NCBI GenBank assembly: GCA_016792805.1
Contig: JAEUHX010000042.1
Location: 132,046 to 196,045 of the forward strand
Source: Planctomycetota bacterium
GTDB taxonomy: Bacteria; Planctomycetota; UBA1135; JACQFD01
Length of the DNA stretch: 64,000 nt
Direction: 5' to 3'
Shown here in pieces: positions 54,973-63,800 of the stretch. The translations under genes and the position numbers were made by a program. The notes under the pieces are model-generated. The model made no database searches. It had not been told where the DNA came from and was given only the letters and a program-made list of their open reading frames with translations. The stretch's first letter is position 1. Each line of letters starts with the position of its first letter.

Positions 54973-55305
54973 CTATTCCTCGATGCCGAGGCGCTGTTTC
55001 GCCGAGGTGGTCATCATCGACGGGTGCCACTGGGGCTGCCAGACGATCTCCACCTGCGTCTTGGAAACACCGGGAATCGATCCGACGCGCGACACCACAT
55101 CGCGCTGAATCATCTGCCCCATCGGACAGCCTTGCGACGTGAGCGTCATGCGAATCGTCACATCGGTCGGCTCCTCGGGAGCGATATCGATGTTGTAGAT
55201 GAGCCCCATTTCCCAGATGTCCACGGGCTTCCCATCCCGGTCCATCACTTCGGGGTCCGCCACGAGCTTGAGTTTCTCAATGACTTGATCGCGGGTCACG
55301 GTCAT
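54973..55305 (-). CDS. sufT: DUF59/MIP18-family Fe-S cluster assembly protein (SufT-like)
   Basis: VIEKLKLVADPEV...DIWEMGLIYNIDI...VTIRMTLTSQGCPMGQMIQRDV...VEIVWQPQWHPSMMT. Confidence 0.85.
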   Translation of the reverse strand: MTVTRDQVIEKLKLVADPEVMDRDGKPVDIWEMGLIYNIDIAPEEPTDVTIRMTLTSQGCPMGQMIQRDVVSRVGSIPGVSKTQVEIVWQPQWHPSMMTTSAKQRLGIEE

Positions 55306-55524
55306 GGGGGTACGGGAGTCTTGGTTCCTGGGGTTCGAAGAGGCGCAGAACTATCGCACCGCGCGCCACGGTTCGCATCCCGCGCGCAGGCAGCAGACCC
55401 CACGACGGCGCGGAGCGCAGGCCGCCGTTCCGGGGCGATTGCCGGCTCGACAGGAACGCAAGGGGGGAGGTAGCGTGCGGCCGAGCCGGGGATGCCCGGC
55501 CTTCCCGAACCTGGAGGATTCGTG

Positions 55525-56676
55525 ATGTTCACTCGTCTTCGTCTTCTGACACCGCTTACGTTCGCGCTTCTGGCGGCGCCCGCGCTGGCGACCAATTCGA
55601 ATCCCCTGAGCGGGACCCCGATCAACCTCAAAGTCGGAGAGTCCTTTCCGGTGAAGCTCACCAATGCGGCCGGATGCACTTTCGATTTCTCAGCATCGGC
55701 GATCGATGCAACGATTGCGGCGCCGTCGCGACTCTTTGGTACGAATCTCAAGGGAGCCACCATCTCCATCACTGGGAAATCCGTCGGCACGACGATGGTT
55801 ACGATCCAAAGCATGAATGGCACGTGCCCGCCTGCGACCCACACATTCCCGGTGACGGTGGCTGCCAACCCGGCTGCCATTCCCAAACAATACAGCACGC
55901 TTGTCAAGGCGCAGCTCAATACATTCAAGATTGGAGCGAAACTCGAGTACGGCCTCTTCAACTCAGCACTCAAGGACTTGGCGGGCGACTACGTCGCCGG
56001 ACAGATCACTGACAACGGCCTTCATGACGGCTTCCACGAAGCGGCGGATACTCTGCGTCGCGGGCTTTACTCCAGGGGTTGGGATGCCCACGAAGACGTC
56101 ATTATTGGGGGAACGCAGATGCTCGTGGCCAACGCACTCAATTTCGGAGAGGGACCGCTCACTCTTTTTGCCGGCGGCTGCGGGAGCTTCGATCAGTTCC
56201 AGGATTCGATCTGTGGAGAGTTCGCGAAGTTCCACACGATTTTCGACAAAGCATCAAAGAACGGAATCAAGGCATTCGAAAAGGCCGGCGCACCTCGCAT
56301 GGGACAATGGTGCACACTGCCTCCGCTTTTCTCCAACGGAGCGTTCTATCCGGCGCAGGTCTCACAGATTCAAATGCCGCAGCCGCTGCTCGGTCCGCTC
56401 ACCATTACGACGCTGCCGTCCGATGCCAATGATAATGGGAGGCTTCGGGTCAGCGGAATGGCGAGCACCATGTCCCCCACGCCGTTCCAGGTCATCCTCA
56501 CGCGGGATGAGATGGGCCAGCCGACGTTCACAGAAACCCAGAATCCGGTTCTAAACACTCAAGACTGGACGGCCACATTCTCCAACTTGAAGGTGGGCAC
56601 CTACTTCGTCCAGACGAAGTACGAGGGAGATTACTATTCCGTGCGCGTGCCGATCCAGATCAATCTGAGGTTCTGA
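55525..56676 (+). CDS. secreted hypothetical protein (N-terminal Ig-like domain)
   Basis: GGAGG lies upstream of ATG 55525. Signal peptide MFTRLRLLTPLTFALLAAPALA. A Big-like stretch reads ATISITGKSVGTTMVTIQS...HTFPVTV. GC is lower than in core genes. Confidence 0.6.
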   Translation: MFTRLRLLTPLTFALLAAPALATNSNPLSGTPINLKVGESFPVKLTNAAGCTFDFSASAIDATIAAPSRLFGTNLKGATISITGKSVGTTMVTIQSMNGTCPPATHTFPVTVAANPAAIPKQYSTLVKAQLNTFKIGAKLEYGLFNSALKDLAGDYVAGQITDNGLHDGFHEAADTLRRGLYSRGWDAHEDVIIGGTQMLVANALNFGEGPLTLFAGGCGSFDQFQDSICGEFAKFHTIFDKASKNGIKAFEKAGAPRMGQWCTLPPLFSNGAFYPAQVSQIQMPQPLLGPLTITTLPSDANDNGRLRVSGMASTMSPTPFQVILTRDEMGQPTFTETQNPVLNTQDWTATFSNLKVGTYFVQTKYEGDYYSVRVPIQINLRF

Positions 56677-56688
56677 GCGTTCGAAGCC

Positions 56689-58029
56689 TCATGCCCCGTC
56701 GCTCTGCTTCGCTGATCCGAGGATCGACCCGAGCCGTCGCTGCACGGCAGGCGCATTGAGCCCCGCGGCGAAGGAGACGACGAGAGCGCCCGCCTCCGAG
56801 AGGAGCAGCGCGCGGTCGAATTGAACGAGCCACAGTCCGGTCAGGACCGCCGAAGTGAACAAAACGCCGAGGACGGCCCCGATGATCGCATTGTGGATTC
56901 GCTCCCGTGTTGCGCGGGGCGGCTTCTTGGTGGTGCGCCGCAGCGCACCGCCGAGAAGCCCTCCGGCGATCGTAAAGGCCGACAACAGCTTGGGCCACAG
57001 AAGCGAGATGGTGAGCTTCGGGGCGACGAGACCGCCGGCCTCCGCCCAGAGCTGTACATCGCCGACTCCGAGCGAGCGAAAGATGGTGTCGTTCGCCGAC
57101 TCGCCCTTGGAAATCGTCAGGACGGCTGGGAATTCGCCGCGCTCGCCGTGGAGCGAAACGTTGAGATCTTCGGGGACAGGTGCCGCGCTCCCGTCGGCGT
57201 TGCGCAAGGAAACGGTGATCTCGGTGCTCTCGAGGCCGAGCCCATAGATGGAAGATTGGCGCGAGGTGAGGGAGAGGGTTCGGCCGCCGTCGCCCGCGAG
57301 AAGGTCGATCTGTTGTTTCCCGAGAGTGCTCTCCGCCTCGACGGCCACGTCGCCAGCCGAGGTCCGGCGCGCGACGCGCACCGAAACGGATCCGTCGAGC
57401 CCGAGCTTCTTCAGGCTGACTGTCGTCGGCTCGACCTCTCCGCCGTTGCCGCGTACGAAGAAGGCCACGGGAAGCGCCCTCGGGAGCGCCTCATCGACGC
57501 CGGAGGTCGGCTTCAGCCAAATGCGGAGATCGGTAACAAAACGCTTCTCGCCGCCGGACCACGGAAGCGGATCATTTTGTAATCTCATGCAAAGCATCGC
57601 CGAGACGACCTCTCCGGCGCTCGCGGCGTTCGTCGGAACGAACACAAGATTCGCCGCGGCGGCGGTCGTGCGGTCGCCGAGTTCCAGCCCGGACGGGGTG
57701 TCGCCCTTGGCGCGAACGACGGCGAGGTCGCCGCGCCCGAGCTTCAGCTCGCGCACTGCGCCGAGCGGAGTGGCCTTGTTGGAAGCCGGGCCGCGGGAAC
57801 GCTCCACCACAATCTCGAGGTCTTCCGCCTCTCGCGCGCTGAGCGTCATCGGCAGGATCGCTTCGTCGGCGGTCGCCTTCATCGAGCTCAACGAGAAGGT
57901 GTTCTTCAGGCGATCCGCGAGGTCGACTCGAAGCCCGGTGGGAGGCTTGGGCTTCTGCTGCGCGGCGGCGCTTCCCATGACCACAACGAGGCAGAACGTA
58001 CTCCGGATCCAGCGCATCATGAGGGGCAT
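56689..58029 (-). CDS. secreted/membrane protein with beta-sandwich repeats and C-terminal TM helices
   Basis: Signal peptide MPLMMRWIRSTFCLVVVMGSAAAQQ. Ig-like repeats follow (EITVSLRNADGSAAPVPEDLNVSL). The C-terminus has about 3 TM helices (LLSAFTIAGGLLGGAL, AIIGAVLGVLFTSAVLTGLWLV, AGALVVSFAAGL). Confidence 0.6.
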   Translation of the reverse strand: MPLMMRWIRSTFCLVVVMGSAAAQQKPKPPTGLRVDLADRLKNTFSLSSMKATADEAILPMTLSAREAEDLEIVVERSRGPASNKATPLGAVRELKLGRGDLAVVRAKGDTPSGLELGDRTTAAAANLVFVPTNAASAGEVVSAMLCMRLQNDPLPWSGGEKRFVTDLRIWLKPTSGVDEALPRALPVAFFVRGNGGEVEPTTVSLKKLGLDGSVSVRVARRTSAGDVAVEAESTLGKQQIDLLAGDGGRTLSLTSRQSSIYGLGLESTEITVSLRNADGSAAPVPEDLNVSLHGERGEFPAVLTISKGESANDTIFRSLGVGDVQLWAEAGGLVAPKLTISLLWPKLLSAFTIAGGLLGGALRRTTKKPPRATRERIHNAIIGAVLGVLFTSAVLTGLWLVQFDRALLLSEAGALVVSFAAGLNAPAVQRRLGSILGSAKQSDGA

Positions 58030-58223
58030 CGTGCCACAGAACGCCGGCCTCGCTGACCATCGAACCGATGGGGCGAGCGATCTCCCTCGAACTCTGTGGG
58101 GCGATGGGGGAGACGGCGGCGTTGGAGCTTCTCAGCATGCTCTGGCCGCGGCAGCAGTTCTGCGAGCTACGCGCTGGGGCCTCACGCCCGTTCGGCGGAG
58201 CATTCGGGAAACCACCTTTCGGT

Positions 58224-58436
58224 TCAGCCGTTCGAATTCCTCGCCGTCGCAGGGATCGTCGGCGGCGTCGGGCGCGATTGTGCGCCGGATGCGCTGGGCT
58301 CCGGCACTGGGGCTGGAGCGGCAAACGTGCGCGCCGGAGTGCGCGGGCCGCCGTAGCCAGTTGATTCGCAGCTCGTCAGGAGAAGCGGAAGCACAAGGAG
58401 TGCGCAGAGCGCCACGGAGGAGCGTCGAAGTTGCAT
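58224..58436 (-). CDS. small lipoprotein
   Basis: ATG 58436 gives MQLRRSSVALCALLVLPLLLTSC (lipobox), followed by a Pro-rich 45-aa tail. Confidence 0.5.
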   Translation of the reverse strand: MQLRRSSVALCALLVLPLLLTSCESTGYGGPRTPARTFAAPAPVPEPSASGAQSRPTPPTIPATARNSNG

Positions 58437-58489
58437 AGTCGTTTTTGTTGGGTTGCGGCCATGGGCCTGCGGCACAGGCCCCGGAACTG

Positions 58490-59410
58490 CTACTTATGCG
58501 AAGATTTTTCCCGCCCAAGGTGATGAACGGGGGACATGAGGAGATCGGCGCTGAGGTCGCGCACGATCTGTTCAATTGCCGTGTCGCACGTCTCAGCGAG
58601 CGCGTCGACGAGGCGGTCGGCACAGCCGGCTGCGCCGTCCGGTTCCACGGCGGACATCTCCGCCAGGAGCTGATCGGTGCCCGTGCGCTTCAGCGCGAAA
58701 ACGCGGTTCGTGGCGCCGCCGTCCTCATCGAGAAGGAGGGAGCGCAGTGCGCCGTCCAGCTCCTTCGCCTGGCGCTGGGCCACTAGCGGATCGGCGGAGA
58801 TTTGATACAGAAGATGGATGAGTAATAGTAACACCTGGGAGTTCCGCGCGATCCGCGCGCCGCGGGCCGGGCGCAGATCGAGGCAGTCGGGGTGGGGTTG
58901 CGGCACGAGAGCCGCGCCGATTCCCATGGACCCGCGCGTCGGGTCGGCAGGGAGCCCATACCACGCATGGAGTTCCGCGCAGAGCGATTCGGGTTGGCGC
59001 AGCTGCGTCCAGGCGTCGGAGAGAGCTTCGCGGCGAAGGGCCATTTCGCGGTAGCTCCGGCCGTCGATCCACACCGCCGAGGCGCGCTCGCGCGCATGGG
59101 CGTCGAGCCAAAGCGTGAGCGGCATCAGCTCCTTCAGGATCTGTATGGCCTTCGGCATGTCGTCGGCGAAACGACGCAACAGATCGCGCCGCTCGTCGAA
59201 CATGCGCACTGCAATCTCATCGCGCAGCTGGATCGATTCGTTCCACTCGTCGAGCTTCTTCCAGGCGAGCGTGGCGAGAGCCGAGAGGACAGTCAATAAA
59301 AGCGCGATGGCGGAGGCGAGGAGATTTTCCTGCACGCTGCGCCCACGCGACATGCGCACGAGCTCGACGACGGTCCCGGCGCCGGACGGGGGATGAGGTT
59401 CCGAGCTCAT
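58490..59410 (-). CDS. single-pass membrane protein, all-helical, unknown function
   Basis: The ATG 59410 start overlaps the stop of the upstream peptidase gene (ATGA). TM helix LLASAIALLLTVLSALATLAW. No family recognised. Confidence 0.6.
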   Translation of the reverse strand: MSSEPHPPSGAGTVVELVRMSRGRSVQENLLASAIALLLTVLSALATLAWKKLDEWNESIQLRDEIAVRMFDERRDLLRRFADDMPKAIQILKELMPLTLWLDAHARERASAVWIDGRSYREMALRREALSDAWTQLRQPESLCAELHAWYGLPADPTRGSMGIGAALVPQPHPDCLDLRPARGARIARNSQVLLLLIHLLYQISADPLVAQRQAKELDGALRSLLLDEDGGATNRVFALKRTGTDQLLAEMSAVEPDGAAGCADRLVDALAETCDTAIEQIVRDLSADLLMSPVHHLGREKSSHK

Positions 59411-60582
59411 CGGATGGCTCCGAGATCGATGCCGAACACCTTTCGCGAACGCTTTTTGTTGATCGTGGGCTTTTCGGATTTTGTGGGTTTCTCGGGTTTT
59501 GCAGGCTTTGCTTGCGCGACGGCCGGCGCCGTCGGCGGCACCAGGATGGTGCGCGCCAGCTCCTTCGAAACCAGGAACCGACCTTTCGCTTTCAGCTCCT
59601 CACCGCTCAGCGTACGGTTGCCACGGCCGGGGAAGGGATCCCACAAATCGACCGAGTGGATTCCGTAGTCGCCGTCGCCGGTGACGCCATCGACGCCTCG
59701 AACCGCGCCGTCGATACCGCCCGGTTCGCCGCCGCTCAGAAATCCCGTGATGTCGCGGGCGGTTTCCAGGGTGGCATTCCGGCGCACTCGGGAATAAGTG
59801 GCGCCAATCACGACGCAGGCGTGGCCGCCGCCCTCCTCCTCGAGTCCGACGAGCACCGGGTGACCCGCCGAGAGATCGGCCAGCATCCGATCTGTGGTCA
59901 TGTCGGCGAAGGTTACACCCACGTTCATCAGCGAATTCTTGAAGGTCGTCTTCTCGAGCTCGGGGTTGATGGCGCGGAGGATCGTTGTGAGATCGGCGGT
60001 TTGGTCCTCTTTTGTCCCGCGGAAGTAGCGGGCGAGCTCCGCCTGCTCGGCCTCCGTCGTGGCGGTGCGCGACCGCAGCAGCCGAAGTCCATAGTAGCGG
60101 TCGACGATTTGTGCACACGCAGCCCAGCACCACTGCAGATTCGCCTGCTCCGCGAGAAGCTTACGAATGGCCGTCAGCCGTACTGTGAATACTCCGGGCG
60201 ACGCCGTCGTGAGCGCGGCGCGCGGGGCGCTCACCGGTAGCGGTGCGGCAGCAAGGTTCAGCTCCTCGCCCTTCGCGGGCACCACCACCACCGGCATCAA
60301 CGTGATCCGCACCACCGGTGGCGCTTCGTCGCCGACCAGGCTCGCGAGTCCAGCCACTTCGCGTGTGTGCTCCTTCGGCGCCACATTCACGCGCACGCCG
60401 CCGGGCCCAAGGCCCACCTGCCCTTCGACTCCGGCCTTCTTGAGGATTTGTTGCGGCTCCTTTGGGATCACATCTGTGGGATCCAGAAATGGAGGCAGAG
60501 ACGGAGAGCTGATTTGCGCCAAGCTGGCCGGCACCAAGCCGACAGCAACGCCAAGACATACGATCGTTCGGGGGAACCACAT
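59407..60582 (-). CDS. secreted clan-CA papain-like cysteine peptidase (C39/C70-like)
   Basis: ATG 60582 gives signal peptide MWFPRTIVCLGVAVGLVPASLAQ. A Gln sits 6 residues before the Cys in EQANLQWCWAACAQIVDRYYG. The candidate His is GGGHACVVIGATY and the candidate Asp is SVDLWDP. The C-terminus has a basic KP-repeat tail (AKPAKPEKPTKSEKPT). The 60583-61218 part of the track ORF has no support. Confidence 0.65.
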   Translation of the reverse strand: MWFPRTIVCLGVAVGLVPASLAQISSPSLPPFLDPTDVIPKEPQQILKKAGVEGQVGLGPGGVRVNVAPKEHTREVAGLASLVGDEAPPVVRITLMPVVVVPAKGEELNLAAAPLPVSAPRAALTTASPGVFTVRLTAIRKLLAEQANLQWCWAACAQIVDRYYGLRLLRSRTATTEAEQAELARYFRGTKEDQTADLTTILRAINPELEKTTFKNSLMNVGVTFADMTTDRMLADLSAGHPVLVGLEEEGGGHACVVIGATYSRVRRNATLETARDITGFLSGGEPGGIDGAVRGVDGVTGDGDYGIHSVDLWDPFPGRGNRTLSGEELKAKGRFLVSKELARTILVPPTAPAVAQAKPAKPEKPTKSEKPTINKKRSRKVFGIDLGAIR

Positions 60583-60801
60583 GAGAAGGCTCGCTAGAGG
60601 GGACCTAGTCCGCAGCGGGCCGCGCGCAGGAACCGAACATCGGCGTCCTGACGGGCACGGATCGCGGTTCAGGGTCAGCGTGCTAGCATCCCGCGGTCCG
60701 TCGTGGAGCCTGCGACGGGAAGTTGGAAGCGAGATGACCGAGACTGCCGCAAGCCTCGAACCGACGCGCCGACCGAATCGGCGGCGGGGAGTTTCGTACC
60801 G

Positions 60802-63800
60802 ATGACCGGCAAAATTGTGACTTTCTACTCCTACAAGGGAGGCTCGGGGCGCACGTTCTTGCTGGCGAACGTCGGCTGGTGGCTCGCAATGCAGGGATTT
60901 CGGGTCCTCTGCGTCGACTGGGATCTCGAAGCGCCGGGGCTCGCGCGCTATTTCCCGGAGGAATGGGGAGGCCGGCGGAAGTCGGGACTCGTCGACCTTC
61001 TCAAGGCAGCTCACGAGAACCAACCGATCGCTTGGAAACAGGAGGTTCGTCCGATCAAGGTCGCGGATCGACAGGAGCTCGCGCTTCTCGACGCCGGAGG
61101 GCATTCGGGGGCCGACTACGCCAGGGCGCTGGCAGAGCTCCCCTGGTCGGAGATGGGGCGTGGAACTCCGGGCGCGTTTCGTGACCGACTCCAGGCAATG
61201 GTCAATGAGTGGCGCCAAGAGTATGATTTCGTGCTGGTGGATAGCCGCACCGGGTTCACCGATTGCGGAACGGTATGCACTTCACAAATCCCCGACGTGC
61301 TAGTGCTGGTGATCGCGCCGAACACTCAGGGGCTCGAGGGTGGTCTCGAGGTCGTGGAGCGAGTCCGCCGTCATCGACATGCGGAGAAGGCAGACGCAGC
61401 CCCGCTGAAGATCGTGCCAGTGCCTTCGCGCTGGGACAACAATTCGCCGGAGGATCCCAAGAAGTGGCTGGAGTTGTTCGAGGCGCGGCTGGATCCGGTC
61501 TACAGGGAGTGGTGCGACAAGGATACGGATGTCGGCAAGCTTCTGACACTGCTTCGAATTCCTTACATCTCGCGTTGGAGCTTCGGCGAGCCGCTGCCAG
61601 TTCGGGATGAGCCGGGAAACGACTCCGCATCCATCTCCTACGCCATGATTACTGTGGCGTCGCTTCTTGCGCGCGATTTTCAAAATACGGCGCAGCTGAC
61701 CGCGGAGCGAGAGAGCTATGTGCGAGAAGTGATCGAGAAGGGGCGGGGAGTCCTCGCTTCCGCGGAGGCTACGCCACAATTTCGTTTTGACCTCTTCCTC
61801 TCCTTCTCATCGCCCCAGCGTGATCTTGCTCGAGCCGTCGCCGCAGAGCTGAAGCTGCGTGGGAGAAATGTATTCTTCGACGAGCGAAGCCTCGTGGCGG
61901 GAAGCCCGTGGCCCGATGGGCTTGCCCAAGGCGTTCGTGAGGCTCGGGGAGTGGTGGCGCTGCTGGGCACCAGGATTTCAACGTGGCAGCGCGCGGAAGT
62001 GGAAGCGTTCATCGAGAAGGCCAATGAAGACAGTACTCGATTTGTGATTCCGGTTTGGCTGGAAGCGCTGCCGGATTGGCCTGAATTAGTATTTCAAGGA
62101 TTCGCCGGGAGGGGACAGAGTCCCGCAGAGCTTGCATCCAGTATCCATAATAAGCTTGAGCTGAGAGAGAGGCCGGAGCCTCCTGTCGCGGCTACCCCGG
62201 CGGTGCCCAGCTGGACTCCCGAATCGGCCCTCGAGAGCTATCGCGCCTGGGTGCAGGAGCAGCACGCGCGGCTGGTGCCGTATTTCGACGGGGCGTCCCA
62301 GAAGATGCTTGAGAACGTATGTATTGCTTTGGAATTCGAGCCGACGGTCGGCAAGCGCGAGGAGATGCTCGACCCGCAGGCGGCGGAGACGGCGCGAGCC
62401 AGCAACGGCAAGCCGGGGGCGCTCCAGGATTTATTGCTCTCCTCGGCGCAGCGGCGCTGGGTCATCGTCGGAGAGCCGGGAGCGGGAAAGACCACCACAC
62501 TTCGCGCGCTCGCAGTTTCCTTGGCGAAGGCGCAAGTGTGGATTCCCATCTTTCTTCCGCTGGCGCGCTTGGCGAAGCCGCCTCTCGATCCCATCGGCTT
62601 CGCGCTCCACGACATGCTGGGAGAGGAGCAGCACTCGGCACGGGGGCGCGCTCTGCGGGAGGCGCTCCTCGATGCGCAGCGTGGCGGGCGTCTTGTGATC
62701 CTGCTAGATGGTCTCGATGAATATCGGGGCGACGACATCGACAAGCTGCTGGAGGCGCTCGTGAGCTACGCGAGCGCGCCGGAGCGGTCGGCGCTCCCGA
62801 TCGCGCTCACCTCGCGACATGTGGCTTTTGAGCGACGGGAGACCCCTGCGGGTTTCCGCCGTGCCAAGGTGCTGGCGCTCAACGAGGAGCAACAGAAAAA
62901 CCTCGCCTCCAAGTTCCTCGGCCCCAGAGAAGCGGAGCGCATGCGGCGCCATCTGCAGGCGCGCCCGGCGCTCGCGGAGCTGGCCCGAAGCCCGCTCCTC
63001 CTCACGCTGCTCTGCGTGGTTGCTCGCGATACGTTGCTTTCCGAGTCGGCGCTGCCTGCTACGCGCGGCAAGCTTTACAAAACGGTCATCGACCTCCTTC
63101 TGCGGCGCGGCTTCGGTGTGGAGAAACGCGGAGTTGCAGACACCGTGCCCGCTCGAACGTTGCTGCAGAGACTGAGCTTCCGCCTCCACGATCTTGGCGG
63201 CGAGAGCTGGGAGTTCGAGGAGCTGTCGAGAGTGCTCGGCGAGCTTCGACAGGGAGACCCCAAAGTGAACTTTCTTGTGAAGGAAACCAAAGAGTGGGGA
63301 TCGAACGACGCGTTCCTGAAGGACATCGGCTACCACGCGGGCGTCCTTGGCCCCCACGACAGCGAGCATCTCCCTTGGCGCTATCTTCACCGATCGTTGC
63401 GCGAGTTTCTCGCCGCGGAAGAGCTTGCCACGCGCCCTCAAGAAGAGGTTCGCAAGCACCTGGCGGGATGGGTTGCAGAAGAGGCAGGCGCGAAGTCTCA
63501 GAAAGACACCAAGCGCTCCGACGCCAAGAGGCCCAAGCCCGAGCGTTGGGGAGAAGTGTATGCTCTCTTATGCGGGCTCGTCGACAACCCAACGACGATG
63601 GTAAAGGCCCTTCAGGAAGCGAGCCCCGAGATCTTCCTCCGATCGCTTCCGTCCATCGATGCGTTGGAGCCGCAAGCGGCCCTCGATCTGTTGCTGCCGC
63701 TCGATGGCTGGGACGCTGACGCGCTGCGCTTGCTCCTCGCTGCCTGGGCGCTGCCGGATCGAAAGGCCGTCGAGCTGCTGCAATTCCAGGTGAAGCCAGG

